NCBI GenBank assembly: GCA_050230475.1
Contig: JBFLGF010000071.1
Span: forward strand, 1 to 64,000
Source of the DNA: Ancylonema sp.
Taxonomy: Eukaryota
Length of the DNA stretch: 64,000 nt
Direction of reading: 5' to 3'
Shown here: positions 39,193-52,491 of the stretch, one piece after another
Layout: each line of letters opens with the position of its first letter
Position numbering within the stretch: the first letter of the stretch is position 1
Program-made: the position numbers and the translations under genes
The notes under the pieces: generated by a model
The model's input: the letters and a program-made list of their open reading frames with translations, nothing else
What the model was told of the DNA's origin: nothing
Database searches by the model: none

Positions 39193-42100
39193 ATGTCCCT
39201 ATCAAGTTTGGGAAGCCCACCTGCTCGGCGAGTTGGAACCAGGCAGCTGCCGAGTCTGGCCGTTTGTCGGTTGCTACTTGTTTTTTGCGCTACCGCATCC
39301 GTCGCAACTATCTTCCTGGCGGTGCATAGAGGGGCAGGTATGGTGAATGTGATGCTCCAGCCTTCCCCCGACGGGTACCCATGGACGGCGCTCACCAATT
39401 ACGCCCGGTTCCATCACTATTTGCATCTCATTTGGACTGTCTCCTCTTTGTAAGACAAGCAGTGCCGCCAGTGGGCTCCCTCGCTGACGTCACTGACGTG
39501 GATATCCGTGACGCACGTGGCAGCTGTAAATCTGTGGTCTGCTAAGAGATCCTTGTTTATAACATTTTTTAGTAATTAGATTTGGAATCAGGAGAAGCCA
39601 TTACCCAGATATATATGGCCATCATTTGGCTGATCGAGTCAGCTTCACTTGGGAACAGATTGAAACAGATTTGATGCAAAAGGAACGTTTTTTGGCCGCA
39701 TTGTTGCGATGACTTCGCGAACAGGAACAAATCAAACATCACTGTTGGTGTGCACACTGATCCATAGCAAGTTGTGGAACTGGTCAATCATCTACTGAAC
39801 GGGGTCGTTTGATCCCAAAACAAAACTTTTTCTTGAGCCTTAATATTGTTGTCAATTGCGTCCTTGAACATTATATTGCTGCTTGGGGTGACAAGTGCCA
39901 CTTGTTTTGATGCGAGAAACAGGTTAGCAGGTCCCGACATACTTAGTGTGTAACATCTAATAAAAGCCCAGGCAAGTAAGTTGAGGTGGTATGTAAAAGA
40001 TGTGGGAGCAGGTACCGCAACAGACGCAAGGGCCGCAAGTATCATAAGAGTGGTTCAACCCCAAGAGGTGTCCGACGAGTCGTTCTCTTTTGGGGGAGGA
40101 GTGAGCGACTCGTTGGAGGAGACGAGGGATGCCATTGGTAGCGAAGGGGAACTGCCAGGTGTCTCCGACCAGGGAGGGGTAGCGGATATGGGGTTGGACG
40201 GGGAACTAGTCCTACAGGAGGAAAGAAGAGGGGAAAATGAGTCGGAAGGGATGAGGTCGATGATCTCGGTACCGCAGACAGGAGGAGAAGTGGATTTCTC
40301 TGGGAGGGCCCAGGGGGCCCAGGGGGCCCAGGGGGCTCAGGGGGCTCAGGGGACTGAACCGCCCTTGTCCCCGGAGGCTGAACAGCCCTCCATGGAGAAG
40401 AGCCACGTGGCGGTCTCTGATTTGCTCCATCAGCTGCAGCAAGAGAGGGCCCTTCTCGTCCGACTGGCCACAGAGGTGACTCGCCATGCAATAGAGGCAG
40501 AGACCGCCCTCAAGGTTTTAGACAGTGAGCTGGCGCTGGGACTGGCGGACGCAAGCTTCGGAGCCAACAGCACAGCGACACCTGGCAGTCCGCAGCGTGT
40601 CGAGGAGCTTGAGGAGAGAGTGAGGGGGGTGCGGACCCAGTCAGCGGCGCTGGGGTCTGTGCAGGGTGACGTGGCGGAGGTGGGGATCGCGCTCGCCAAG
40701 GCCTTCTCGGCTGCAGAGGGCCAGGGGGTGGTGAGGGGGTGGTGTGGGAGGGCGCGGGGGGGGGGGACCTCCGTGTTTCAGGGGGGGCGGGTGGCAGGAG
40801 CACCCTCCAGGATCCTGGTGTGGGAACCCAAACCAAATAGGTGAGGGTTGAAAAAATTGGAAGGACATTATGAACTCCCCCCCCTCCCCCTTCCTCCCCC
40901 TTCCTGCCTGACACAAGGTGTGCAGTGCGCTGCCCCCCCCCCCGTCTCCCTCTGTCCCCCCTCCACCTCCAGATACCTCCTTGCCATCTGCGTGACGGGT
41001 CAGATGAGCAACCGCCTTCAGTGCATTCAGGACTACTTTGGCCTGGCCGCCCTCCTGAACCGCACCCTCCTCCTCCCCTCCCGCGATCTGTCCGGCCCCC
41101 CTCTCTCCCCCAACTACTACTTCCCCATCACAGTCGACGTCAGCCACGCCCAGTGGTGCCTGGGGGGGGGGAGGAGCAAGGTGATGGCCCTAGAGGACTA
41201 CCTGGCAGAACACCGCAAAGCCGCCGTAAATGTGGAGGTAAGGGGGCAGGGGGGGCGCGGTTGGGCGGTTGGGGGCCCTGGGGACGCAGAAGGAAAAGAC
41301 TCCCCCCCTCCCTCCCTCCCTCCCTCCCTCCCTCCCTCCCTCCCTCCTTCCCTCAGCTTCACTGCCTCCGTTCCTCCTTCCCCACCGCCTACAACCAGTG
41401 CGGGTTCAGACGCCCAGTGGTGGCGGCCATGGACCCCCTGGTGCATTTTCCGGTGATTCGTAAGGGGGTGGGGCCCCCAAACCCCACGGAGACCGACCTG
41501 GTGTCGGCCTACGGTTCCAACGCAGCGCAGGTACTCAGTTTCGGCGACGTGAACTACATTGGGTACGCCAACCTGCGGTTTCTGCAGCAGGGGACCAATG
41601 GGCCGCTCAGAATGGAGGAGCGCAGGTGCAAGCTACTGATTCAGGTCGGAGGGGTTTGCAGGGACAGGGACAGGGACCCACACCCACCAGGGACACAAGG
41701 GACAGCTGGCAGAAAGAAGTGTGTGTTTTTTTCTTGTGTGTTTTTTTTGTGTTTTTTTTTTAAAATATGTTTGTGTGTGTTTTTTTCGGTTGATGTGTAG
41801 GCCAATCCGGACATTGTGGAGGCCGCCGAGGTGATCGCAAAGAACGTTTTGGGAGATCGTTATTTGGGCATCCACCTTCGCCGCGGTGACTTCCGCCACG
41901 CGTGTGCCAAGTGGGGCAACGTGTGCTTCCAGTCACTCACCTACCTGGCGGGGTGCATCGCGGACCGAATCGTCAGTCTCGGAGAGTAAGGAAGAAGGGG
42001 GAGGAGGAGGGGGAGGGGGAATCGGGTGCTCTTACATCCCACAATGCCCCCAAAGTGTGGGGAACCGTGGGTTGTTGTGGGTCGAGTTTTTTTTTCGTGA

Positions 42101-42910
42101 CAGTGGATGTGGTGTGGGTGGATTGGTCAGCCATGTTCGCACCATCTACCTCGCGACAGACGGGGGGAAGCAAGAGATTCGGTTCTTGCAGGACGCGGTG
42201 CAGGCAAGTGTGGACATGTGTACGAGGGAGGGGGGTGGGGGAGGAGTGGAGTGAGAAAGACGACAACGGACAACGGTGGTTTTTTTTTTTTTTTTTTAAT
42301 ATAATAATTTTCCCGAACCCCTGGGGCTGTCTGTGAGGAAACGAGAGAGAGGAGAGCAAGGGAGTTGAGTGGGCTGTGGGCTCTATGGGTTGGGATGCAG
42401 ATGCTGCTTGGTCGCAAAATCATGGTGTTCACGTTGAGGCACTTCTGGTCGTCGCAATGGATGTCCAAGGTACGGAAAATGACGGGGGGAAGAGACGAGT
42501 CGGTGGCTGGAGCATTGGACAAACTACTGGTGACCTCTAGCCGCGTGTTTTTGGGGACCCCGGTGTCCACCTTCACCGTCGACATCCTCCGCATGCGCCA
42601 AGGGTACGGGTACGCATCGTGTCTAGACGACATGATATGCTCCTGGGACTCCGCGCGGAACGTGTCCACCGTCTTCGGAACGGACAGGGACGCGATACGA
42701 TCAGAGGCCAATAAAGCACATGCGCTCCCCAAGGCCCTTGAGGCGATGAGGATTTCGAAGAGGAGAGCAGCTTCGAAAGCGCGCAGCGCGATGAAAGCGA
42801 TGGAGGCGCAAAGAAACGCGGGGAGGGCGGGCTCGAATAAATCAAGAGCGAAAGCTCGGGCTCAGGCAGCTTTGAACGAGCAGACTATCGTGACAACATC
42901 CGCGCAATGA
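39193..42910 (+). CDS. O-fucosyltransferase family protein (POFUT2/GT68-like), type II membrane
   Basis: Exons 39193-39337, 40012-40840, 40973-41237, 41357-41644, 41801-41985, 42131-42203 (GC donor), 42401-42910. N-terminal TM, coiled-coil stem, WEPKPNRYLLAIC..GQMSNRL..AALLNRTLLLP, YLGIHLRRGDF, IYLATD, LDK..SRVFLGTPVSTFT.DILRMR; stop TGA. Confidence 0.88.
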
Positions 42911-43605
42911 TCCGGCTCCGGGAAGCAAACATGTTTACGAGGCGCGTTTTTGTGAGGAGCAATAATGGGCTATGAGGTTGAGTGTACAGTGACATTCTGC
43001 GAGCAAGCGTTTCTTTAAACCAATTTGAACGGGCACTTTAAAGTGTGTGGATTCACATTCCTTGTGCTAATTTAGCCAGTGCACTTATTGCTATGCGGTG
43101 ATGAGGAAGCATCGTGAGATATGTGTAGATATTTGTAGGTGAGATATGTGTTGGCTTATCTAGCCACTCTTCATTCTGGAACTTGGCTAGCAAGAAACCG
43201 ACTCAACAGCCGTGGTATTGTAAAATACTCTTAGACGGATTAGATTTGTTCATTTTGTCGTTGATTGGCTTTGCGTCGTGATACTGTACAAATAAATACA
43301 AAAGTTATTCACTCGTTATTATATGTGAAACATTTTGGTCTGGCGGAGCACCGGATATGGTAATGCACATATGCGGACGATGTTATTTAGTATTTGAAGG
43401 CTAATTCAATGCCAACTTGATTTCGAGTAGTTGTAAAGAGGTAAGTAAGACATCGTTAGACTTTGTTTTAAAAAGTAGAACCTGGATGATAGGAGGACGA
43501 TTTTTTCCATCACTCTTTCTCTCTACGCTTTTTTGGGATTTTGTCTATACAAATGAGAGAGTTTAAGAATTATTTTCCCTACACACCTTCTTCCCGTTTC
43601 TACTC

Positions 43606-46600
43606 TCACTTCCACTTCATTTGGAGTTCTTGCCTTTCTGCCAGACCCCACGCCACCACTATGGCAACTAACAGACCAACAATAGTGAGCACTAGCAGCG
43701 AGTAGCTAAAATCTTCCGTTAGGGAGTCATACATTCGCGAAGGAGCCGTTCGAATGTATAACAAATCTAGACCGTAAGCAAACACTAACGTGGTTGACTC
43801 TAAACGTGATGGCTCCGTTACAATTCCTCGCAAGCCAGCCACTTGATAGCGATGCGTTAGATAGGCCTGCAACCACCAAAAAAAAACAAAAAAAAAACCC
43901 TCAAATTCTCAGAAACAAATATACCTTCCCCTTCCACCTCACGACTCATACACTCCATACAAGAATGGCCACCTTTCAAAACCAGTCAGCTTTTCCCCTC
44001 AACCCCCCCTTTATATACATGTCCCGGTGGCCCCTCACCTGTGGATTAATCGGTAGCGTGTCTGTGTAGGGCAGGAGACCCTCCTCCCTCTCCTGCTGAC
44101 TGGGCGTGAGCGATCGTCTCGGATCCAGCAGCCGCTTGTCCAGCGCCAGCACCTGGTTCCCCATGGTCCCCACCAGGACCTGCTTGTTGGTGATGCCCTC
44201 CGCAGTCGCCGTCACCGTCATGGCCTTCAGAGAAGGGGTGAGGAAGTAGGTCTGCACCACCACACGGAGGGGGGGGGGGCTCCACGCAGAGAGCGCGCCG
44301 CTCAGGTTGCCCCCTCCCAGGCCCAGGACATACTTGCCAATCTGCAGCGCGGGTACCTGCATGGCGGGTGTAGAGAAGGGGGGGGGGGGAGTGAGCGCCG
44401 GTAGGGTGTTGAGGAGACAAGGTGGCCACGGAGGGGCAGTGCGGTAAACTCAACTCGTTTCTTATAACACAGTTTCTTATATCGAGGGTTGAGTGTACCT
44501 CGGGGGAGTCATCGTACAGTTCCATAACCGACACCTCGTACCGGTGGGTCCGCAGGTTGAAGTAGTGATACACCACCCAGTTCTCACTCACCACCTGCAT
44601 CCATCACAAACCGTCGGCGGGGAGTGGTCAGCATGGGGCCCTTCTCCTTCCCTCCTCTGGCCCCTCCGCCCCCCCCGCCCCCCCACCCCCCACCCCGCCC
44701 CCCCCCTCACCGCGTGCACGGGCCCCTGTGCGGCGCTGTGTGTGACTCTGTGCATCACCCTTCCTGTGACTGTATCCAGAAGGTAGGCAGTCACCGAACC
44801 CTCCTCCAGGTTGGCCTGCTGCTGCTGCTGCTCTGGGGTTGGGGTGACGGTGGCCACAAAGAGCAGGGTGGGGAGGAGGAACTTGTACTCCACTTCGCGA
44901 TTGCCTTTCACCTTCACTTGGGTGTGCACTCCCTGCCAAGACCCAACCCCAGAAACCCCCCCACAGCCTTACATACCCACCAAATTCCCCTCCCCCACCA
45001 GCCTCCCCCCTGCCCCCTGCCCTCCCATGGCCACACCTCCTTTTTGGAGCGAGCTGCCAGCGCAGCAATAGCTTCTTTCTCTCTTGGGAACACCACCCTC
45101 CACACCTCCTCCGCCTCCCCCTGCTTGGTCAGCCCAAACCCCTGCATTACTCCCCTGCCCTCGTCCACCGTGTACAACGAAATGCTGTCCCTGTGCTGAC
45201 TCAGCAGCTCCTGCGCAGCGGGCGAGGGAGGCAGGAGGTGAGCCACAGGGGGGCGATCTGCGCTGCCCGCCGGCTCAATCAGGAGGAGCAGCTTCTGTTC
45301 CGCACTATCCACGAGGGGGAGCTGGACAACCAGCTGTACTGGGAACGCCAGGTCAGCAGTGGACAGGACCGCCCCAGTGTGCGCGTTCACATACGTCACT
45401 ACCCCCTCCTCCCTCCCTCCCCTCGCCCCGATCACCACAACCTCCGGCGCCGCCTCCAGCGCCCGACGGTGGGGATCCTTCCAGAGAAGCATCTGCTGGG
45501 GGCGGGCAGCGCCACCTGGCGCACCTCCTGCCGCGCCACCTGTCCTGTACGGCCCGGGCAGGGACGCCCACATGATCCGCCCGTTCCCCGAGTGCAGCGC
45601 GAACAGCTTCCCGGTATTGGTGAGGAGCACCAGAAACTTCCGGAACCCCTTGGCGTCCCTTGTGGGCCCCGTCCTCCCCACACTGTTCAGCGCGCGCTGT
45701 TTCATCTCCCCCTGCTCCTGGGGGGAGGCCAGCAGGAGCGCCGCTTTGGTGCTTAGCACCCACTGCTGCCACCTGGCCTCCAGGGTGGCCACCTCCCCCT
45801 GCGGCGGCGGGTCGGCGGCGAGGTTGGCGAGGGGGAGGGGGGGGTCCACGAACTGGACCCCAACCACGGACGCCAGGGCCTCCTCTCGACTCCACACCAC
45901 CTCCCCCTGCTGGAGGAGACACAGGGAGTGCTCCTCCCCGACCACCAACGCCCTGAGCCCGAAGCTGTCGCCTGTCTTGCGAAGGTACGAGTTCAGGAAG
46001 AGGCGGGACACGCGACCGCGGTGGGGGGGCAGGTAAAGGAGGTCGGGGCCGCTGAGGGTTGCACCCGCTTGAGTCACCACCTGCACCACATACCCCTTTT
46101 CTCCCCAGGTCAATAACGCGGGATGCCGCAGTTTGGCAGCCACCTCAACCTCAAACCCAACCCCAACCCCAAACTTGCCCCAAAGCCCTGCCCCCGCCCC
46201 TACCCCTATCCTCATCTGTCCCTTTCTGCCCACCCCAACCTTGAAGTTGACCCCCTCCTGCTGCGTCATCACCCCGGTCACGCTCTCCTCTGCCCCCGCC
46301 ACCAAATGGTCACTCATCACTGCCTCGCCCTCCACTTCCAGTACCACCTTCATCTGGCCACCCGCCCCCAACTGCACCACCAGCGAGCGGCCTCCAACCC
46401 CCAACCCGAAGCCCGACGCAAACGTGGCAGGGGAGAGGGAGGCTCTCGAGCCTTCCTCCACCTCTACCAAGGAGCGGATGTCGACATTTTTTGGAGCTAG
46501 TGTGTCTGATGTAAGGCTGGTGACTAGAAGCGCACTGCCGAGGGAATCGATGGTCACTAAGCTGCCACCTGTTACCACCGACGATGACGTGGACACCGAC

Positions 46601-47724
46601 GTGCCGAAGGATGCTGCGAGTGTACGACTCATCTTCCCCAGCATAGACAGCCGTGTGACAACGATTCCTGTGGCTGTTCCCCCGGCCTCACCACTGAACC
46701 CTACTGCTGTGAGGGTCGAGTGGTCCTTGTCAACCCACAAACTGCACCCACAACCTGTCAACATTCAGAAAGAGAAGTCGAGGACAAAAAAAAAAGTCCC
46801 TGCGTCACCTGCTGGCATCCACCTGAGCCTGCCACAGCAGAGCTCCATTGGTGCCTGAAAATCGGTACATTGTTCCCCGCGAAAGCAAAACAACGTCATG
46901 TGGCCCTGCACTCTCCTGCCCTCCCTGCACCCCCCGCCCCAGCCTCAGTCACAGCGCCCCCCCCCCCACACTCCCGCCATGCAGGTGGTGCAGCTGCTCA
47001 CAGCCAGCAGGTGCAGTTGCACCCCTTCTGGTCCCGTCTCTGTGGCGGGTGGCGGGATCATGGTAGCATCCCACCCCATGGTGCCATCAACCACACTCCA
47101 GGATCTCAGAAACCGACCCCCCCCAGAGACAGTCACCAAGTCTGCAGAAGACCAACCCCCCACCACTCTTCAGGACGGCAGGCCCAGGAGGGCAGGACGG
47201 GGGAGGATCTTAGTTCACAGACGTGGCTCTTACATTTGCCGTTCACTTGAAGCGCGTCCACACTGTGCTCTGCCCCCAGCTCCTGTCTCCAGGCTGCACC
47301 AGCGGCAGGGCAGAGAGAATGCCCCCATAGTTAATGTCTCCATTCCCCCACCTCCTGCGCTACACACATTTCCAGGGTCTACTGGTGGTGGGGGTACCTA
47401 TATCTCCCGTCCTCAGGTTCAGAGCCGCCACCACCCCCTGCTCTGTGGCTACAAACACCCTCTTGCGCTGTCCTGAGGACTGGAAGTCGGCCAGCTTCAC
47501 TTGCCCGATGTACTGTTGGTGCCTGTGCAACCCCCAACCCCTCCCATCCTCTTGTTGGTTGGACAACGAGATCCCTCCAAGCTCCCAATCCCTCAACACC
47601 TGTAGGAAACTTACCAGTCGTACATGCCCACTTGGTCTTCATACAAAGCCAGGGTACCCTGCAGGAAGAGCATCGTGCCTACCACTACCAGAGCCCAACG
47701 GCACAGATTCGATCGATTCACCAT
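43606..47724 (-). CDS. EMC1: ER membrane protein complex subunit 1
   Basis: Exons 47724-47615, 47522-47398, 47293-47234, 47141-47002, 46915-46809, 46741-46240, 46080-45037, 44932-44711, 44594-44499, 44356-44039, 43866-43606. Signal peptide then ALYEDQVGMYDWHQQYIG; WSREEALA; RDAKGFRKFLV; SENWVVYHY; LDPRR; LESTTLVFAYGLDL..RTAPSRMYDSLTEDF, TM, KWK*(TGA). Confidence 0.95.
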
Positions 47725-49342
47725 GTCTTCTAGTCTTCTCGTCTTCTGGCACCCTCTGCACCCAGACGGGACACGCACCCTCAGCTACAGGAGGCTGGAG
47801 CTGATCGTCATTCGATATCATTTTCGACTGGCCAAGCAATGAATAAAGAGCTGAAATCCTGAGTTGCAACAAGTTTGTTCGCACATTTCGATGATCTCTT
47901 TGTCCTGCTGTTTCCAAGCCCCTGCGCACTACCCCGTCAGAATTCCTTAGAGAAGGCTCAGGAACCAGACCTGTTTGCTAGCCGATTAGAGGCTCAAATG
48001 CTTCAGAAGGTTCTGCGCAAGCCACAGAAGCCTCAAAACCCGAAGAAGTTTGTTGGAATTCGTTGTGTCTGAAATGCTCTCAGCAAACGGAGGTATACAT
48101 ACAATCTCCTCTTAAATGATGCTACTTGAAAATACTTGCTCAATGACAGAGAAAGGGTGTGCTCCTCTCTTGCCAGTGAGGTGGTCGACTGACTGCATTT
48201 TTTTATCTGCACTTCGTCTAGGCAAGGCCCACCTACGTCTGCTTCCCGAAAGAGGATGGCCCAGCTGTCTTCTTGCTGCGGAACAACATATATCCGAGAG
48301 GGAGAACCACGCCCAACATCATTATTGCTGCACCAATGATGTAACGAGTCGGGCCAGGTGGCTCAATTTCTAGCAGCTGCCTCACCTGCACACATCACCA
48401 CTCGACACACGGAAGGACTGCGACCTTTGAAATGGCAGCTTCAAACACGTTGCATACAGCCCAATATGTGCTGATTGGTGGATCAGAACATTTTGCCAAT
48501 CCCATTGAAGATCTTCGCGCGTGCAGTCATTTTCAGAATTCAAAGTTTAAAGGATTTTACAATCACATTTGCAGAATGCAAACAATAAAACCTATACCAT
48601 ATCATACATGGGTCATCAGAAGATAATATACCAGGCCACACACACACACAAAAAGGGCAGGTATATTTGGCTCGCTCGGAAAGGGTTGATGGTGGAGGTA
48701 GTCGACAGACTATACCGGCATATTTTAAGACCAAAAGACACGAGAAACGTCCCCAGTTCGTAGCAGGGCGCAAGAACCCCCGAAAATGGAGAGTACAGAC
48801 TTCCTGAACACACTCATTATAGGTCAACCCCAAGCTTCCCAGTCCAAGTGACACTATTCTAGATGAAAGGCCGACGGCAGCGTGCAGGGCAGGCCGAGCT
48901 GCTGTGAAGGGAGAATTATTTGGCAGATCTTTGCTCCATTTCCTCTCTTTCCGCAGGAAATTGAACCGCGAAATTCAGTTCTCTCGAAGTAGTGGAAGTT
49001 CAGGGCTAGGGTGGGACCCGCCTGCCAGGATCGGTGGCGGTCGGCGGTCGGCCGCCCGCCAAACGCCGCCGACTGCCGCCGACCGCAACGACCGCCGTCC
49101 GACCGCGATTCTGCCACCCGACCGCGATTCCGCCGTCCAGCCGCGATTCCGCCGTTCAACCTCGGTTGTTTGGCGTTTGGACCGGTTGCACGGCGGTGGG
49201 GGGATAGAAAAAACACATGAGGCGTTTCTCAAAATATAATGGAAGGAACACTGAATCTATTAATGGTAGGTCCGCATAGGTCATACGAGTATTGTACACT
49301 ACCCGTTTTTCGTGATTGTGAATGCTGATTGGTGATCCCGTG

Positions 49343-50525
49343 CAGTGATGCACCGGGACGGGATTTGTGATCCCGTATTCCGTACGACACTTTTTCCGCA
49401 CGGGGCTGATAGCAATCTACCGTCCCTAGAAATGCAAAAGTCGTAGGGATTTGCTCGCAAACGTCCAGAATACGTCCAAGAAACGCGGCAAACGTGTAAG
49501 GACTGTACGATGCAAACGTTTGCGACTACAAACGTTTGAAATACGTCCGTGAAATGCGGCAAACGTGTACGGATTGTACGGATACAAACGGTTGCGATCG
49601 CAAACGTTTGCGTGTAACTTATTTTTTTGCCTTTTCGGGAAAAATAGAGAGTGCTTCCTCGATATGACGACAATAAAAATCCAAAAAAGTGTCGTTATGT
49701 CGAGGTTGTACACTACATAACGACAGTTACTACTAGAATCTGAAACCTTTGTCCTTGTATCGAGGGATTTTGCGAATGAGGCAAAGTGAATGAGCAAGTG
49801 AATATTTGTTTATTATGTGTTTCCTAGAGCAAGTTGCCTTGGCGTGATAATCCAGTTGAACATGTGTGTTGATATACGAGCTATACAAATGCGTCATGAT
49901 ACCAATACATGCGGATGAACAAAATAGTTAGTTACGGACCATCCGAGGAGGACAGAGGCGGCATTCTCTTGATATGCCATGTCGAACAACTCGAACACGT
50001 TGTAGAGAATTGGGGGTGTCGTTCAAGAGGTTTCTAGATTCTTCTCGATTTCCATACATCGTTATCTACAAGCAATAGCGTTATATACAAAGTATAAGGA
50101 CATTCACTAACAAATTTCTGAGACTATTTGTCATTATATAGAGAGTCGTTATGCTTATATCGAGGGCGATTTCATATTGATTATAAAAAAAAGAAAACAA
50201 TGTGTCGTTAAATCGAGGTTGTCGTTGTAAAGAGGGTCGTTATATCGAGGGAGCAATGTATTGCGTTGCAATGTGTTACGTTTTAATGGTGAACGTCATG
50301 AACTAATGATGACGAGTCTTACAAATTTTCATGCTTCACTTACCGGAGGTGTAATACAGATAAAATGAAGAAATACGCTGGTAACGTTTGCGAAACGTTT
50401 GCAGATTCGAACATTTGCAAACCGTTTGCAAATGCAAACGTTTTGCAAACGCCGTTTGCAATTACGTACGTACGTGTTTGCAATACGGCGTTTGCAAGCA
50501 TTTTTGCCGTCCCGGTGCATCACTG
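49343..50525. mobile_element. hAT non-autonomous element with 8-bp TSD ATCCCGTG
   Basis: atcccgtg|cagtgatgcaccgggacgg ... ccgtcccggtgcatcactg|atcccgtg; CAAACG subterminal repeats. Confidence 0.9.
49649..50258. mobile_element. Tc1/mariner-like MITE nested in the hAT element
   Basis: Ends gagtgcttcctcgatatgacgac and gtcgttatatcgagggagcaatg|TA match the 14906-15132 family. Confidence 0.7.
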
Positions 50526-50671
50526 ATCCCGTGTATTGCGAATCATCATGATGTTTTCATTTGAATCAAATATTTATTTGAACCGGTTGGCATTTGGAAC
50601 CGGTTTGCATAAATAAGTGATTAATAAGTGATTGACAGTTATCTCATCGTAGAAACATCGCGGCTTAATTT

Positions 50672-52491
50672 CATAGTAGCATCAAAACGCGTATGCGTTT
50701 TGCAAATGCAAATCGCCCAAACGTCAAAACGGCACTTTTAGCCGTACGGACGCAACACCATACGCTGGTCCAAACGCACACGTCCATACGTCCGTACACT
50801 GTATGGCCGTTTGGCAAACGGCCGTACACTTTTTTTTTTTTTTTTTTTTTTTCTTCTCATTTTCGCAAATTTCCTTCTTCTTTTATTATTTATTTTTTCC
50901 ATTTCCGTAGTTTTTGCTTTGCAAGTATATATTATAAGATTATTTCCCGTTTCTTCTTTTCTTTTATTTTCCACTCTTCTTCTCCACATGTTTTCTTTCC
51001 AGTTCCATACTTAACAATTGCATTTCCATCAGCTGATTTTGAACTACAAAATGGATTTGCTTGGGAAAAAATGTTCCAATATTACGTAATATCATCATTT
51101 TTGTCTCCCTACAAAAAAATCCACTCTTACTTTACATCTTATATTTTACATTTCACTATCCTCCTCTCCCATCACATCCACCCAATCCGCAAACTTCTCG
51201 GGACCAGAAAATTTCGCCATCATCCTCGAATTGGTGAATACATAGATTATATCATTTGCTCTAGCTGGCATCAACTTATTCCTCCTCGTCCTGAATCCCG
51301 TTGTTAATCATCGTCTGCACAACTTGCTTCGCTTGCGTGATGACCCGTGAGAAGGTCTCGATCTTGGCTATCGCCTCGACAGCCAAGTCCAGCGCATGCG
51401 CAGTGCAATGAAGGGTGAAGATGTGGGGATATCTGCAACATCATTGCATGTACATTCAGTGAAAAAATAGACTGCACAAGTATTATGCCAGCTGCACTTA
51501 AGACTCACTTGGTCTCAATGCGCCTCCTTGCTGTGTCGTTGGCACTTGCCCCATCCATAATCACAAACACGATATGCTGCGCACCAACCTCCTCGAAGAT
51601 TTCCTTCAGAAGTCCGTAGATGTACGCCCCGTCCTTCGTCTCCCCGGACGTGTCAACAACTTTCAAAAAATGAATACCTTTCGGATTCGCCAGACATAAA
51701 TTCAGAAGTAGCCTTCCTTGGGGATCGGTCCAGCCGTCACACATAAAAACAAACCCAGTCACCATCCGTCCAAAACCGAAGAAGGCCTTGCATCTGAACT
51801 TGATTCTCCCGTAGTCCTAGCCGCATAGCCCTACTCCTTGCTTCTCCCACTGAAGCAAGTGTGCCTTTCTTCGAGTTCTGGTGGAGGTAAAAGTACGATC
51901 ACAAAGTTTACAGGTTTCTTTCCTATTTCCAGCTCTACTTAGAGGTGGTCCCAAAACGAATTGATCGTTCACAAGCTCTTCAAAAGGTAAGTCTGGCGGA
52001 TCTTCTTCAGGAACAACATGTGGTTCATTTTCCGCGTCGGCCATGGTGACGTCTCACGCGCCGTGTGACTCTCACGGAAGTATTTTCAGATTTAATTAGT
52101 GATAGCGGCATTGCCGCAGCTGTCTGATAGTTGGGTTTTGTACAATCTTGCTTCCGCCGCCATAGTTTGCACGTGTAGAGGATGGTTTGAGAACTGAGCA
52201 TGTCGAATATGCCTTCTATGCTTTCCGATTGGTACAGGTATCCTTACCTAATCGAAGGTTGCGCATCGGACCTTACTTAGGTACGTCACCTCTTGTCCAT
52301 GACGTACCCCCATCCCCCAACCTCCGTCCGAGAAACCCAGCCAAATATTCCTGGCCGGGCCCGACACGGCAATTTTGAGGGGAGCACTTTTTTTTTTCTA
52401 AGTACAATTTTGGCCGGATGGAGCGTATGCCATACGTATGCGTATGGCAAACGCCGTATGGGCCGATTTTTGCCGTTTGCATGCTACTATG
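50672..52491 (-). mobile_element. Internally deleted hAT transposon (BED finger and DUF659-type transposase remnant) with 8-bp TSD CTTAATTT
   Basis: cttaattt|catagtagcat ... atgctactatg|cttaattt. Minus-strand fragments ETCKLCDRTF..RRKAHL (52044-51817), CDGWTDPQGRLLLN..PKGIHFL..IVFVIMDGA (51765-51505) and YPHIFTLHCTAHALDLAVEAIAK (~51430-51360). Confidence 0.9.

Noticed and set aside
40311..40352. (GAQ)n or antisense (GPP)n collagen-like repeat
   Set aside because: A short 9-bp tandem repeat in the low-complexity stem of the fucosyltransferase; too short to imply a collagen domain.
45084..46858. Long plus-strand ORFs antisense to EMC1 (similar ones oppose ZNF598, CAF and Copia pol)
   Set aside because: Expected shadow ORFs of GC-rich coding sequence, with no independent protein features.
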